Shown one piece after another: positions 37,135-49,981 of a stretch of 64,000 nucleotides of DNA (position 1 is its first letter; every line of letters starts with the position of its first letter). The notes under the pieces are model-generated. The model saw nothing but the letters and a program-made list of their open reading frames with translations. It did not search any database and was not told where the DNA came from. Made by a program: the position numbers and the translations under genes. This DNA is from Lingula anatina (Eukaryota > Animalia > Brachiopoda): contig CM120642.1 in assembly GCA_051362555.1 (NCBI GenBank), positions 19,902,001-19,966,000 on the forward strand. The letters run 5' to 3'.

Positions 37135-37960
37135 TGGATAAACCAGATTGGATCTTTTTGCAAACATTTCATTTGCACCTTTAACTTTAAAAAAAACATA
37201 CATACTGTTTATCAAAGCCTGTTGTCCAACGAAAGCACAGACAAATGAAAATACTTAGACTTGTGACAATGTTACCTATTGTCTCCGTCAGTATTTCGAT
37301 AAAAAAATATATTTTTTAAATTTGTCACGTAAAGCATATTTAATTGGCTCAACCCCTATAACAAATGAAAATGATTAGATGGAGTGTCCTAAATTGTTTT
37401 TCTTCGTCCATGTCATCTGAGGTTTACGAGTAAATTGTTCGATAAAAGCTATATATTCCCAGTCGCGTGACGCATTATACAATGGCCCAATCCCATTTAA
37501 TCATTCCTGTGTAGGCGCTCCTCTGTTGTGGGAGAAATTTATCACCTTTTTGCATCATTTTCCAAGCATTTTATGTGCACATTTAAGTAGCAGAAAAAAT
37601 ACAAATATATTGTTTATCAAAGTCTGTTATCCAACAACCGCATAGACAAATGAGAATAATTACGAAGAGTGCAAATTTTTCCCTACTTATCTCTGTCATA
37701 TTTTAAGAAAAACAACATTCATATTTGCCTCATGAAAGCACAGTAATTCAGTGGTTCAACTACACAGACAAATAAAATAATATAATTGAATGTCAAACAA
37801 CTGTTTGTCGTCGTCCCTTTCATCTAGGTATACGTGGGCATCGTTTGATAAAAGCAATATTCCCAGCAGTCGCGTGACGAATCATTCAATTGCCAATTCC
37901 CACTTAGATATTGCTGTATAGTGCCTTTATTGCGTGATAAATTTGTCACCTTGATTATTT
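37135..37960. repeat. Degenerate ~400-bp tandem duplication inside the GPCR spacer (also at ~46465-47445)
   Basis: Twice: ...tgtttatcaaag.ctgtt.tccaac...agacaaatg...gataaaagc...cagtcgcgtgacg...tcacctt. Confidence 0.7.
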
Positions 37961-38546
37961 ACTAACAGACAGAAACCGTTATATTATGGATAATTGAAAA
38001 ACGTAAGTTTGTGTTCCAAAACTTTATCCTTGATATACGTATAGAACCGTCACATAAAAGAAAAAACAGATAGGATATTTAAAATGCTACACTGTGCTTG
38101 TCCTTGTCAGACGCAGAGATAAAACTCAACAAATAACGCGTCTTTCAAATGAAAGTGAATACAAAACCATATATATATACAGAGAAAAAATACGTTTACA
38201 TCGTTCGATAAAAGCTTTTTCCCAGCCGTTTTAAGCATATTAAAGGACCCATTCCCATTAATTAAGTCAGTACTTAATAGGCGTTCCCCTATCGTGGGAT
38301 AAATTCATCACCTTGTTTACTAACAGTCAGAAACCGTTATGTAATGGATAATAACCCAAAAAGATTTCTTGGAAGATATACCAATTTGTCCGTAACAATG
38401 AGATCTAAAACAGTAAAGATAGGATATTTAAAATGCTACCCTGTGCTTGTCTTCAGACACAAATATAAAACTTTACAAATAACGTATCTCTCAAATAAAG
38501 GTAAATGCAAAAGCATCAACATGAAATGAAAAATTAGCCATATTAA

Positions 38547-40041
38547 CCCCATAGAGCCTGACAGCATCTGACCTAGAAAGTGCCCTTGGTCCTGAGCCCT
38601 CTACCCGTATGCACTCAATTGTACATGCGGACTCATTTAATCAATGATAATGTATTCACTTCTTTCGAAAACACCTAAAAACTGTACATTTTTAGAAAGC
38701 CAAGAATGTAAGCTTTAAAGTCATGTCAGTTTTTTTTTTTTTTTTCACATTTGTTTTTTAGGTAGAAATAGCAGGAGTTTAAATATGAGACTTGCTTTTC
38801 TCGAAGAGAAGTAAAAAACAAAACTTTAATTTCAGCATGCACATTCTTTTTCACTTTACCAAAGAATTTGTTGAAATTTTCTCACTAACATCCGAAATAT
38901 GTTGCAAACAATATCAGAAAATTTCAGAAAGATATCTAATTTAGTTTTTGAGTTATAATAAATTTCCTGGGATGCGTGCTGTACCTAAAAACCTGCATCA
39001 CGTCAGAGAGTTGCACAACATACAGGCAGGCTAGCTGACTAGAAGACTTCCACCTAATATTACTGTTATCATTACAAATAGATTGTAAATTAAGTGCCTT
39101 TTTCAATAGTTTTTCAAAGTTTTTTAATCAACTGAACTAGGATACTCATAAAATTTTGTTTTGCACTCAAATCATATACAAGAATACAAACATTGTCATG
39201 AGCAAATATTACACTTTCATGAATAAAAATTGCATCATAAAAATACTAGTAAACGTGTCATTTGTACTAATACACAAGCAGGAAAAGACATGTTGATACA
39301 GCGCACTAGTAAACATATTACATCTGTATTTATACACAAGCAGGAAAAGACGTGTTGATGCAGCACACAAGTAAACATATGTCATTTGTACTTAGGCATA
39401 AGCAGGAAAAGACATGTTGATGCAGTACAACGTAACATATGACATTTGTATTTATGCAAAGCAGGAAAAGACATGTTGATGCAGCACACAAGGCAACATT
39501 TAGCCTGACTTGCCACGGAACGGTTATAGTCATTTTATCAGTAATATAACCCTTCCAATTACTGTTGTCAACTGCTTGGTTACTGCAGTTAGTATCATCA
39601 GCGTTTTTCATATATCAAGCCCCACGTCCGAATCTGCTCTCTGACAACTCATACTAGCCAAAGGTACATCATCTTTGAAGTTATCGGAGTATCAAAATCT
39701 ATCAAGGACTCTTCCCCGAAGTCTGAATTTACTAACAAATCTAGAATATTTCTCAACCCATAACTTCTGCTGACTTCTCGCCGCCATTTTGACTTCTTAG
39801 CGCCTCGACAGTGGTTGAAATAAATCGCTTTTTCATTATCTAATTCTCGCTACACGTCTTTCAAAAGCCGGTAGTAAACAAAAAAACTAACATTAAGTTA
39901 GTCTTGTGATAGAAGCATGAATTGTTACAAACGACAGGGGACAGTACAAGCATGTAAACACAGAAACCGCGTATATGCGGTTCCCGGCACTGAGGACTTT
40001 TTAAAATGAACCGCATATGTGCGGTTCCCGGCGCTATGGGG
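38547..40041 (-). mobile_element. Non-autonomous piggyBac-type element, relative of 21141-23181 in the opposite orientation
   Basis: TTAA flanks at 38543-6 and 40042-5; ends CCCCATAG / CTATGGGG; same aaccgcatatgtgcggtt palindromes; empty site in the copy-4 flank (~54440). Confidence 0.85.
39255..39492. repeat. ~61-bp tandem repeat x4 inside the piggyBac-type element
   Basis: aagcaggaaaagac.tgttgat.cag recurs at ~39277, 39338, 39400 and 39459. Confidence 0.85.
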
Positions 40042-40101
40042 TTAAAATAATGTGACGTGAATTTTGATTCTGATAACGGTGCATTTCCCAATAAACAGGC
40101 T

Positions 40102-42369
40102 TCAAACAGCAACTTCAGGCACCGTAATATAGGTGGCGCTCCGTGCGTTTTTAGCTGATGTCAGTGTAGTCATGCTCATATTTGTAGTAGATGAGATATG
40201 ACCTGGTGTCTTATTTCTGCAGTAATTTCGATACCGTTGCAATACTGACTTTTTCATAATGTATGAAAAGCAAATGAAAGCACCTTGCAGACAAGAAAAT
40301 ACGTAAAAGAGATACCACATAAATGAGAGACTTGTAAATGCAGCGATGAACGCGAAGATCCACCCAAAACCCATTAACGTTGATAGTTTACAGTAAACAA
40401 GAAATTGGTTGTAATCTGGACCACAACGTTCAACATTAGGAACAGGCCGTAAGGCAACAGCTGTCCTAATGAAGAATCCAAGTTGTAAGAGAATAGTTAT
40501 CCCAACAGGCAGAGCGAAACTGTAGGCAAGTGCCATAGTGTTACCTATCCAACATGACGAACCTCCTGTGCCGTAGCCTATCGAAACACTGCTGCATTCA
40601 CAAAAGTCAAGAACAACACACGGGATAACGATTACTAATGGAGAGCAATAGCTTATTAGGCAGTAGATTATATGCCACTTACGAATGTCTGAAGAATCAA
40701 ACTGGGCAATACTAAAGGGATATGTAAACGTCCAACACATATGAAAAGCACATGCAGTCATCCAAGCAAATGAACAAAGCCACCAGTAATGCATCACAAT
40801 GGCAAACACTTTACAAACAGCATTGTTTTGAGAGGGTACATAATTAAGGAGAAACAATAACTGTGCAAGCATCAGGGTGACGCAGAGGTTGAATGAATTT
40901 TTCCCGGGAAGACCCTTTCTTAAGTCTGTAAACAACAGGTAGGTGATAATTGTAAAAACCAAGCAAAGGACAGATAGAGAGAGAAGACTATAGGAAACAA
41001 TCACCTGCACAAGAACAGAAGAAGATTCGGGAGTCCTATTTCTCTTTTCTTTTAAGTAGACGTCTACACAAATGAGAACTCCCTCCCCGTCTTTTATAAA
41101 ATCAGTCTGACTCAATATCAACCCATTTACTGACAATGTAATCATGTTATCGTCTTCAGTGAACTCAGACCTGTTAAGACGCACTCTGCCACAGTTCAGG
41201 GTGTCTTCTGAAATCTTGGAGACATTTGGTAAATGGCGATTGTCCTTATTTTCGACAAATCGTGGTGCGTCAAAATTGGGGATTGGGTGGATTGGTTTTG
41301 CACTTACAGTGAAACCTGTCAAGCCTGAGCCTGGTTTCCCTTGCTCTAATGGGAAAGTGTACGCTTTTGATTTTGGAAAGGAAAGATTATAGCTCTCGAA
41401 TGAAATACAAAGCATGCAAGGAAATCGAAAACATGAGCGGGCATTCTCCTTTGAAGAAAAAGAATAAAATTGCATATAAAATGGTACTTCTGTTGCCAAC
41501 GAAAGAAGCTCTACGTTGCTAAAATTCAGATGCAATATCGCGACTGATGTTTCTAAAGAAGAGCTGGACCTGATGACACTTTGTTCCTGATAGCCAATCA
41601 CAAAGGAAACGTTTGTAAAATGTGCCCTTGGATCGACTGATGCTGTGCTATAATCATATCTTCTCTGAAAGGAAATTTCAGGGTTTTTGAAGAACATAAG
41701 ACGCATACCAAGGGCTTCGAAATGAAGCAAAATATGCCTTATGAAATATCTTTCTGTACCAATCAGGATATCAGATGGTTGAAAATCCATTGAAGAATTT
41801 ATCTCTATTTTCCACGTTCCTGTCAGCCAGATCCTTTTTTCTGGTAGGCCATGTCGAGTGACGACACTGATGTTCAAATCACTGAATTCCCACGGCATCC
41901 TCAGATGTTGACTAAATCTTGACTCTATCTGCCTAGCAACAGACGATGATACACCCTTCCAGATTGCTGATCCCGTGATATAAACCGCGCTCGATTCATT
42001 TGATGTATGCGTTGTGATCAGAAAAGGATAACTACACGTTTTTATGCCGTTGGATTCGACTTTCATAATTATGCCTGTGTGAATAATCTGTGGCTCAAAT
42101 CTACAACTAATGGCATCATCCTCAAAAACACCGTATTTGTCCTCTGTATACGTGCAGTGGACCTCATCGGGAATAATGTTAGCTGATATTGTAGATACGT
42201 TGTAAATTAGATCTTTGCACAAAACTGGATGCGTTGCGTCAATGGAAAAAGCATAAAGTTTCACGGGCACCTTAAAGCTGCAATTCAGATTGATTTCAGG
42301 GAACTGGTCAATGCAGTCTGTACCACTGGGAATCATGCCGGCTGGACAAATTACTTTTCTGCATTCCTC
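40102..42369 (-). CDS. GPCR copy 2 exon 2
   Basis: 744-aa ORF with 7TM; acceptor ttacag. Confidence 0.92.
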   Translation of the reverse strand, partial: EECRKVICPAGMIPSGTDCIDQFPEINLNCSFKVPVKLYAFSIDATHPVLCKDLIYNVSTISANIIPDEVHCTYTEDKYGVFEDDAISCRFEPQIIHTGIIMKVESNGIKTCSYPFLITTHTSNESSAVYITGSAIWKGVSSSVARQIESRFSQHLRMPWEFSDLNISVVTRHGLPEKRIWLTGTWKIEINSSMDFQPSDILIGTERYFIRHILLHFEALGMRLMFFKNPEISFQRRYDYSTASVDPRAHFTNVSFVIGYQEQSVIRSSSSLETSVAILHLNFSNVELLSLATEVPFYMQFYSFSSKENARSCFRFPCMLCISFESYNLSFPKSKAYTFPLEQGKPGSGLTGFTVSAKPIHPIPNFDAPRFVENKDNRHLPNVSKISEDTLNCGRVRLNRSEFTEDDNMITLSVNGLILSQTDFIKDGEGVLICVDVYLKEKRNRTPESSSVLVQVIVSYSLLSLSVLCLVFTIITYLLFTDLRKGLPGKNSFNLCVTLMLAQLLFLLNYVPSQNNAVCKVFAIVMHYWWLCSFAWMTACAFHMCWTFTYPFSIAQFDSSDIRKWHIIYCLISYCSPLVIVIPCVVLDFCECSSVSIGYGTGGSSCWIGNTMALAYSFALPVGITILLQLGFFIRTAVALRPVPNVERCGPDYNQFLVYCKLSTLMGFGWIFAFIAAFTSLSFMWYLFYVFSCLQGAFICFSYIMKKSVLQRYRNYCRNKTPGHISSTTNMSMTTLTSAKNARSATYITVPEVAV

Positions 42370-44982
42370 CTGTAAATATAGACAACTTGTGCATTATTTT
42401 AGTGATGGATTTAATTTAAAGCAAGGATGATGTTGCTTTTATACGCTGACTGCGTTTTAGAAGGCGAAAATAAACACATTTGAAAAAGATTTCGTAGATT
42501 ATTGCTACTGCTCCTCATTTTTCAAACAAGAGTCGCTACACGCTAGCTAGTTTTTTCATTTGGTATATAAACATTGACACAAGAGAGAGCTTTTGATTTC
42601 ATCTGCAAAAACAAATTTTACTATATTATTCCCCTGGCCAGTGTGTACTTAACATAGACGAAAGCAAAGGACAGACTGATGGTTTATACTATTCATCATT
42701 TAGACTGAATAAGGCGATTTTACATGGATATGTTAACGAAATATATACATTTGTAAATGGAGAGGGTAAAAAATACAAATGCAAATAGGAAGCTAGATGA
42801 GATAAGTTTAAGTGCAGCACAAAATAATCTTTAAGAAATTATTAAGCACACGTATACACTGTCAAATAAATATATATGGCAGGAGCCTCAAATTTAGAGA
42901 AACAGTAACATAATATTACTAGACAAATTGTTTTACTGAAAATTTTGACCTTAATAAATAAAACAAATTTTGCAAATATTTGTGTTTAACATTTTCCACG
43001 AAAATGTATAATAAATTGAAATACCCACTGAACTGTATGCGTAATTATGCCTTTCTGTAATTAATTCTTATGTTACACATTTCTTCGTGACAGGAAATTT
43101 CAAACTTGGGAAAGAGATAAATAATATAATTAATAACAATAAGTAAACAAAAAATATATACAGTCACAAAATAAGAACACAGCTGAAAATTAAAAATTAG
43201 TCAGAAACTTAAACTCGGCCTTAAACTTAAACCGGTCGGACTGGTAGAGAAATCCTGTCTGACTTAAGTTGAGGAGGACGAAGACAACAGTAAATGAAAC
43301 ATAATCATTTAACCTTAATATTCTGTATCTGTTAGAAGATAAAGACGGGCAAAGTTTAATCGTGCAGTAACAGAGAGAGTTACTTCAAAATACAATATGT
43401 TTGAGACTGTAACAAAACGCGTTGCTCCTGAACTCGCCGTCTACAAAGGTTGGCAAGGTGAAAGAGAGTAAAAGCCAGCTTATCAACGAGGGTGCATTGA
43501 AGAATAAGAAAAAGGATGAGAGGCGACATACAAGTACCCTGGCCATGCGTAATAAATAATCTTTATGGCTGAAGATTTGTTTCATTCACCAAATATACAG
43601 GTACTCCTGTATGAATTATCAAAACTTTGTCAGTCGTTTCAACACGATACACAATGAACCCTACAACTTACGTATCCTTGTCTTTTGGTGTATCCTGCCG
43701 GGCATCTCTCTTGTATATTCCTTTCACGATCTGTTTCAATTTGGAAATCTGGACCAAAATCCATCAGCATAGAAAAAGGTTGGATACCTCCAGTATCCGG
43801 AAGTTCTTTATCCTCGGAAAACCTCTGTGTGTCGTGTATGATCTGTGGACAAATTAAACTGTTTTTCTCAAGGATTATACCATTGCACGTGGCGCAATGA
43901 GGATTAGCAAATAGACCAAAAGTTGACCACAGTTTTGATCTCTTATCAGGACAATATCCAAAACAAAATGTTTTCGTAATTGGTGAGAGATTGTCTGGTA
44001 TTATTTCAAGGTTGATTGGAAGATAAGTAAGCTCTGTTGTTGACATCGTCGTCGTGGTTGAAGACGTTGTCGTTGTAGAATACAGACGAGGTGGCAACCC
44101 GCCTACAACCCATTGGCTATATGCCTCACATTGGTCCCTCTCATTGTCATCATACTGCTCCCAAAGGCCTGTAACGTTGCAAGTTTGGATAAGGACCTCG
44201 TACTCAAATGGTTGAAATTGCGCCATCCATTCTTCATACCATAAATCTACCGATGAGAAATCTATGGTAATGATGTCAGAATTTTTGCTGACATTTGTCC
44301 TACATACGTGCATATCACCTTCCATATGAGAGCGGTGCTTAAACAAAATTGAACAACTCGGCAAAGATGCTATTTGTCTCAACAAAGAAAGTTTGTCCGT
44401 GGAATTTCTGGGCAATGAATCGATTATGTCTGGCGATTCGCAGTGAAAATTAAGTAACCAGGGTTCTATATCTGTATCATTGTGACAGAAAGCGCAATAA
44501 AGATTTCTATACACCAGACGACTTGTCTTGGACCAGACTGGTAGGTCTCTTTTGGGGTCTATATTGGTTGTCCTGCCTGCGTTGAAACATTCCATGGAGG
44601 TAATATTGTCGGTATTTGGCAGGCAAGATGTAATCATCTTCACCGCGTTCGGCATGCCTGGCAGAGTCACACACGACGTCTCGTTTCTCTTATTCTTGAT
44701 ATTTTTTAACCTCCTTATTTCAATTTCTGGTGTATAAAAAGCGACGTCATAACAACAGTCACCGTAAGCCATGCAGGTTTCCGGGGCACAACTACAGTAA
44801 GGCGAAACGCTTCCGCAAGAGAAAGTGTTGTTAATCAGTGGACATAACCTGTTAATTACCTCCCGACGGCTCAGGGCTTCTCGAAAGAGCGGCGATTCTT
44901 GCGGTGATGGGAAACTAGCACTGGTGTTCACTAAAAGGCAAAAATGAAAGTACCACAGAAATCGCAGTCTTGAACAAAACAT
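40102..44982 (-). CDS. Methuselah-type class B GPCR copy 2; exons 44982-43672 and 42369-40102; 1192 aa
   Basis: Paralog of copy 1 with the same splice sites; first ATG at 44982 (MFCS). Confidence 0.88.
43672..44982 (-). CDS. GPCR copy 2 exon 1
   Basis: SMB-like/Cys-rich ORF; donor gtaagt. Confidence 0.9.
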
Positions 44983-47728
44983 GATGCTAGCTATGTGCTG
45001 AACATCCAGTGTATCCAAATTTGGGAGAAAGCAGCTTTAAAAACCATTGCGTGCGTCATGCTGTTGATAATTAACCGTTCCCAAAATGAACATAACGGAT
45101 GTAGTGATGTACCATTAATCACTTAATTTCAGCTACCTTTCTATCATGCTATTCTCCAAGTTTCCATTTAGTTGATAAATGATGTTTGGGTAATATGTCA
45201 CTTAAGCAGCAAATGTTGGAGATATTGAAACAACATGATCCCATCCCTATCAACAAATTGTTCCGAATATCTGACACAAACGCAGCACTTTTATTAAAAG
45301 CGGTCACACAAGAAATTGAATGGATCACGGTTCTCCGTGAATAGGTTTGCTGTAAAACGAGATGTAACACATCTTTCATTCAATCAATTGATTGCTGTTG
45401 ATAAGAAAGTTAGTTCTAAATCTTGCGCTCATTCATTAACCATCATGCATCCGTATTGTTGTAAAGGTAATAGCTAACATGTGTATCTTTACTTATTGCA
45501 AGTAATAATCATTAGAGGAGACAAATGAGTTTAAGGATGAGGACATGTTGAGCGCAAGTTTAATCTTCTTAAGAGTCAACAAGTGCAGAACATAGTTAAG
45601 TTAGGAAAAGATAGAAGAGGCCAATGAGACATTTACTTTCATTTGGTTTGATGATTAGAGAATAGAATAGTAATTTTCTGTCAAATGCATAACCGAGCTA
45701 ACTGAGAGTTGGATATGGCCCAAGTATGAGTAATTCAAATAATATTTTAGATTTTTTTATTGGAAACAAGGATCTTAGAAACTTCCTTATGAGGAAAAAT
45801 TGAATGGTGAAATGCAATAAGAGAATGGAAAAGTTCTGATAATCACCCAATATACAACGGAAAGATAAGCAAACTCGTGGTCAATAAGGAAAAATAATGT
45901 TTAAGTACTTGTGTGAAAAGTTAGTCGGTGAATAAACGTTTGAAAGCTCCAAATCTACGTCGTCCTCGTCATTATAATATTCACAATAATCTTTTAAAAC
46001 CCACGTACACTACATCAATCCTGAACTACAACAAAGTTTGCATCTCGGCAGACTTCAGGTACAATGAGGTGCATAGCAGTTCATCAAATTTTGTACAGGT
46101 GATTGCACTGCAACAGATAGTGTGATAAAAGTTTAAAGCGCCTAACAGCTGAAATCCGACGCCAAATGATTTGATTAAATCACTCATCGCTGTGAGTATA
46201 AATGGCTTTGAGCACTGTATTTGGTGATAAGTGTCTTTTTAGAGTGTGTGTGTGTGTGTATGTGTGGGTGATAAGGGCCAATGTTACAGCAAGAGGCCTT
46301 TAAACAAATACATCAATATGTGAAAGTGAGTGATAATCAAATAATCAGTACTAGGTACGGTCTTCTCTGAAAACTAATGATACTTCAGATTCATTTCCAG
46401 ATAATTATTTGTTTCTGCCACAATACAAAACGACAAAAGAAACTCATTTACTGTCTACGCTGGAGAAACCAGTTTGGATCATTTTGCAAATATTTCATTT
46501 GTACCTCAAATTTTCAAACAAAAAATAAACATATATTGTTTATCAAAGACTGTTATCCAACGACAGCACAGACAAATGAAAATGCTTAGAGTTGCAAAAA
46601 TTGTTACATACTTATCTCTGTCATCTGGGTATTCATATTTCGATAAAAAATCTATATTTTACATAAGCCGCGTGAAGCGTAATTAATTGGCTCAACCCCA
46701 TAAACAAATGAAAATGATTAGGTGGAGTGTCCAAAATTGTGTTTCTTCGTCCATGTCATCTGGGTTTACGAGTAAATTGTTCGATAAAAGCTAAATATTC
46801 TCAGTCGCGTGACGCATTACTCAATGGCCCAATCCCATTTAATCATTACTGTGTAGGCGCTCCTCTGTTGTGGGATACATTTATCACCTTTTTGAATTAC
46901 TATCATTATTTTCTGTCAAATGCATGACATATATTTATTTTATTTAGAGAAGAGTATATTTTCCAATAAACAGGGTAAACAAAGAAACAAACTCGTTCAA
47001 AGTTTACATTGAAGACACCAGAAAAGATCATTTTCCAAGCATTCCATTTGCACCTTTAAGTAGCAGAAAAATACAAATATAATGTTTATCAAAGTTTGTT
47101 ATCCAACAACAGCATAGACAAGTGAAAATAATTACAAAGAGTTGTGCAAATTGTTCCCTACTCATCTCTGTCACCTTGGTATAAGTATTTCGGTAAAAAA
47201 ACTACATTCACATTTGCCGCGTGAAAGTATAGTGATTCAGTGGCTCAACTCCACAGACAAATGAAAATATTATGATGGAATGTCAAATAATTATTTTTCG
47301 TCGTCCCTTTGATCTAGGTATACGTGAACTTCGTTCGATAAAAGCAAAACTCCTAGCAGTCGCGTGACGCATGATTCAATGGCCAATAACCATCCAGTTA
47401 TTACTGTATAGTGCCTTTATTGCGCGATAAATTTGTCACCTTGATTACTTACTAACAGACAGCAACCGTTACATCATGGATAATTGAAAAACGTAAGTTT
47501 CTGTTCCAAAACATCACTCTTGGTATACATATAGAGCTGTCACATAAAAGACAGTACAGATAGGAAAATAAAAATGCTACACTGTGCTTGCCTTCAGACG
47601 CAGAGATAAAGCTCAAGAAATAACGCGTCTCTCAAACGAAAGTGAATAGAAAATCATATATAAACAGTGAAAAAATAACCATACTGAAAAATGTAGTATG
47701 TGAATTTGTGATTCCCAATGAACAGGGT

Positions 47729-49981
47729 TCAAACTTCAGCAACAAAGGGGGCTCCTCTTGCGTTTTTAGCTGATGTCAGTGAAGTCATGCTCATAGATAC
47801 AGTAGATGAGTTATGGCCTGGTGACTTCTTTCTGCAATAACTTCGATACCGATGCAAAGTTGACTTTTTCATAATGTATGAAAAGCAAATAAAAGCACCT
47901 TGCAGACAGGAAAATACGTAAAAGAGATACCACATAAATGAAAGACTTGTAAATGCAGCGATGAACGCAAAGATCCACCCAAAACCCATTAACGTTGATA
48001 GTTTACAGTAAACAACAAATTGGTTGTAATTTGAACCACAGCGTTCAACTCTAGGAACAGGCCGTAAGGCAATTGCAGTCCTTATGAAGAATCCAAGTTG
48101 TAGGAGAATAGTTATCCCAACGGGCAGAGCGAAACTGTAGGCAAGTGCCATAGTGTTACCTATCCAACATGATGAACCTCCTGTGCCGTAGCCTATCGAA
48201 ACACTGCTGCATTCACAAAAGTCAAGAACAACACACGGAATAACAATTACTAATGGAGAGCAATAGCTTATTAGGCAGTAGATGATATGCCACTTACGAA
48301 TGTCTGAAGAATCAAACTGGGCAATACTAAAGGGATATGTAAACGTCCAACACATATGAAAAGCACATGCAGTCATCCAAGCAAATGAACAAAGCCACCA
48401 GTAATGCATCACAATGGCAAACACTTTACAAACAGCATTGTTTTGAGAGGGTACATAATTAAGGAGAAACAATAACTGTGCAAGCATCAGAGTGACGCAG
48501 AGGTTGAATGAATTTTTCCCGGGAAGACCCTTTCTTAAGTCTGTAAACAACAGGTAGGTGATAATTGTAAAAACCAAGCAAAGGACAGATAGCGAGAGAA
48601 GACTATAGGAAACAATCACCTGCACAAGAACAGATGAAGATTCGGGAGTCCTATTTCTCTTTTCTTTTAAGAAGTCGTCTACACAAATGAGAACCCCCTC
48701 CCCGTCTTTAATAAAGTCGGACTGATTCAATGTCAACCCATTTACTGACAATGTAATCATGTTATCGTCTCCAGTGAACTCAGACCTGTTAAGACGCACT
48801 CTACTACAGTTCAGGGTGTTTTCTAAAATGTTAGTGACATTTGGTAAATGGTGGTAGTCTTTATGTTGTACAAATCGTGGTGCAGCAAAATTGGGCATTG
48901 CATGGATTGGTTTTGCGTTATCAGCGAAACCTGTGAAGCTTGAATCTGGTTTGCTTTGCCATACTGCGATGGTATACGTTTTTGATTTTGGAAACGATAG
49001 ATTATAACCATCGAATGAGATACAGAGCATGCAAGGAAATAAAAAACATAGACGGGCATTCTCCTTTGAAGAAAAAGAAATTAATTGCATATAAAGTGGC
49101 ACTTCTGTTCCTAATGAACTGAGCTCTACGTTGCTAAAATTCATATGCAAAATCGCGACTGTTGTTTCCAAAGAAGAGCTGGACTTGATGACGTTTTGCT
49201 GTTGATAGCCAATCACAAAAGAAATGTTTGTAAAACGTGCCGTTGGATAGTCTGATTCCGTGCTATAGCCAAATCTCTGAAAGGAAATTTCAGGGTTTTT
49301 GGAAAACATGAGACGCATACCAAGGGCTTCGAAATGAAGCAAAACATGTCTCATGAAATATCTTTCTGTACCAATCATGATATTAGATGGTTGAAAATTC
49401 CTTGAAGAATTTATCTCTATTTCCCACATTCCTGTCAGCCAGATCCTGTTTTCTGGTATACCATGTCGAGTGACGACACTGATGTTCAAATCACTGAATT
49501 CCCACGGCATCCTCAGTTGTTGACTAAATCTTGACTCTATCTGCCTTGCAACAAACGATGATACACCATTCCAGATTGCTGATCCTGTGATGTAAACCGT
49601 TCTCGATTCATTTGATGTATGCGTTGTGGTCAGAAAAGGATAACTACACTTTTTCTTGTCGATGACTTCGACATTTGGAATACTGACTGTGCGAATTATC
49701 TGTGGCTCAAATCTGCAACTAAAGGCATCATCCTCAAAAACACTGTCTCTTTGCTCTGTATACATGCAATACACCTCATCAGGAGCTATTTCACCTGCTG
49801 CTGTGGATATGTTGTGAATTAGATCCTTGCACAAGACTGGATGCGTTGCGTCAACGGAAAAAGCATAAAGTTTCACGGGCACCTTAAAGCTGCAATTCAG
49901 ATTGATTTCAGGGAACTGGTCAATGCAGTCTGTACCACTGGGAATCATGCCGGCTGGACAAATGATTTTTCTGCATTCCTC
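47729..49981 (-). CDS. GPCR copy 3 exon 2
   Basis: 739-aa ORF with 7TM; acceptor ttacag. Confidence 0.92.
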   Translation of the reverse strand, partial: EECRKIICPAGMIPSGTDCIDQFPEINLNCSFKVPVKLYAFSVDATHPVLCKDLIHNISTAAGEIAPDEVYCMYTEQRDSVFEDDAFSCRFEPQIIRTVSIPNVEVIDKKKCSYPFLTTTHTSNESRTVYITGSAIWNGVSSFVARQIESRFSQQLRMPWEFSDLNISVVTRHGIPENRIWLTGMWEIEINSSRNFQPSNIMIGTERYFMRHVLLHFEALGMRLMFSKNPEISFQRFGYSTESDYPTARFTNISFVIGYQQQNVIKSSSSLETTVAILHMNFSNVELSSLGTEVPLYMQLISFSSKENARLCFLFPCMLCISFDGYNLSFPKSKTYTIAVWQSKPDSSFTGFADNAKPIHAMPNFAAPRFVQHKDYHHLPNVTNILENTLNCSRVRLNRSEFTGDDNMITLSVNGLTLNQSDFIKDGEGVLICVDDFLKEKRNRTPESSSVLVQVIVSYSLLSLSVLCLVFTIITYLLFTDLRKGLPGKNSFNLCVTLMLAQLLFLLNYVPSQNNAVCKVFAIVMHYWWLCSFAWMTACAFHMCWTFTYPFSIAQFDSSDIRKWHIIYCLISYCSPLVIVIPCVVLDFCECSSVSIGYGTGGSSCWIGNTMALAYSFALPVGITILLQLGFFIRTAIALRPVPRVERCGSNYNQFVVYCKLSTLMGFGWIFAFIAAFTSLSFMWYLFYVFSCLQGAFICFSYIMKKSTLHRYRSYCRKKSPGHNSSTVSMSMTSLTSAKNARGAPFVAEV

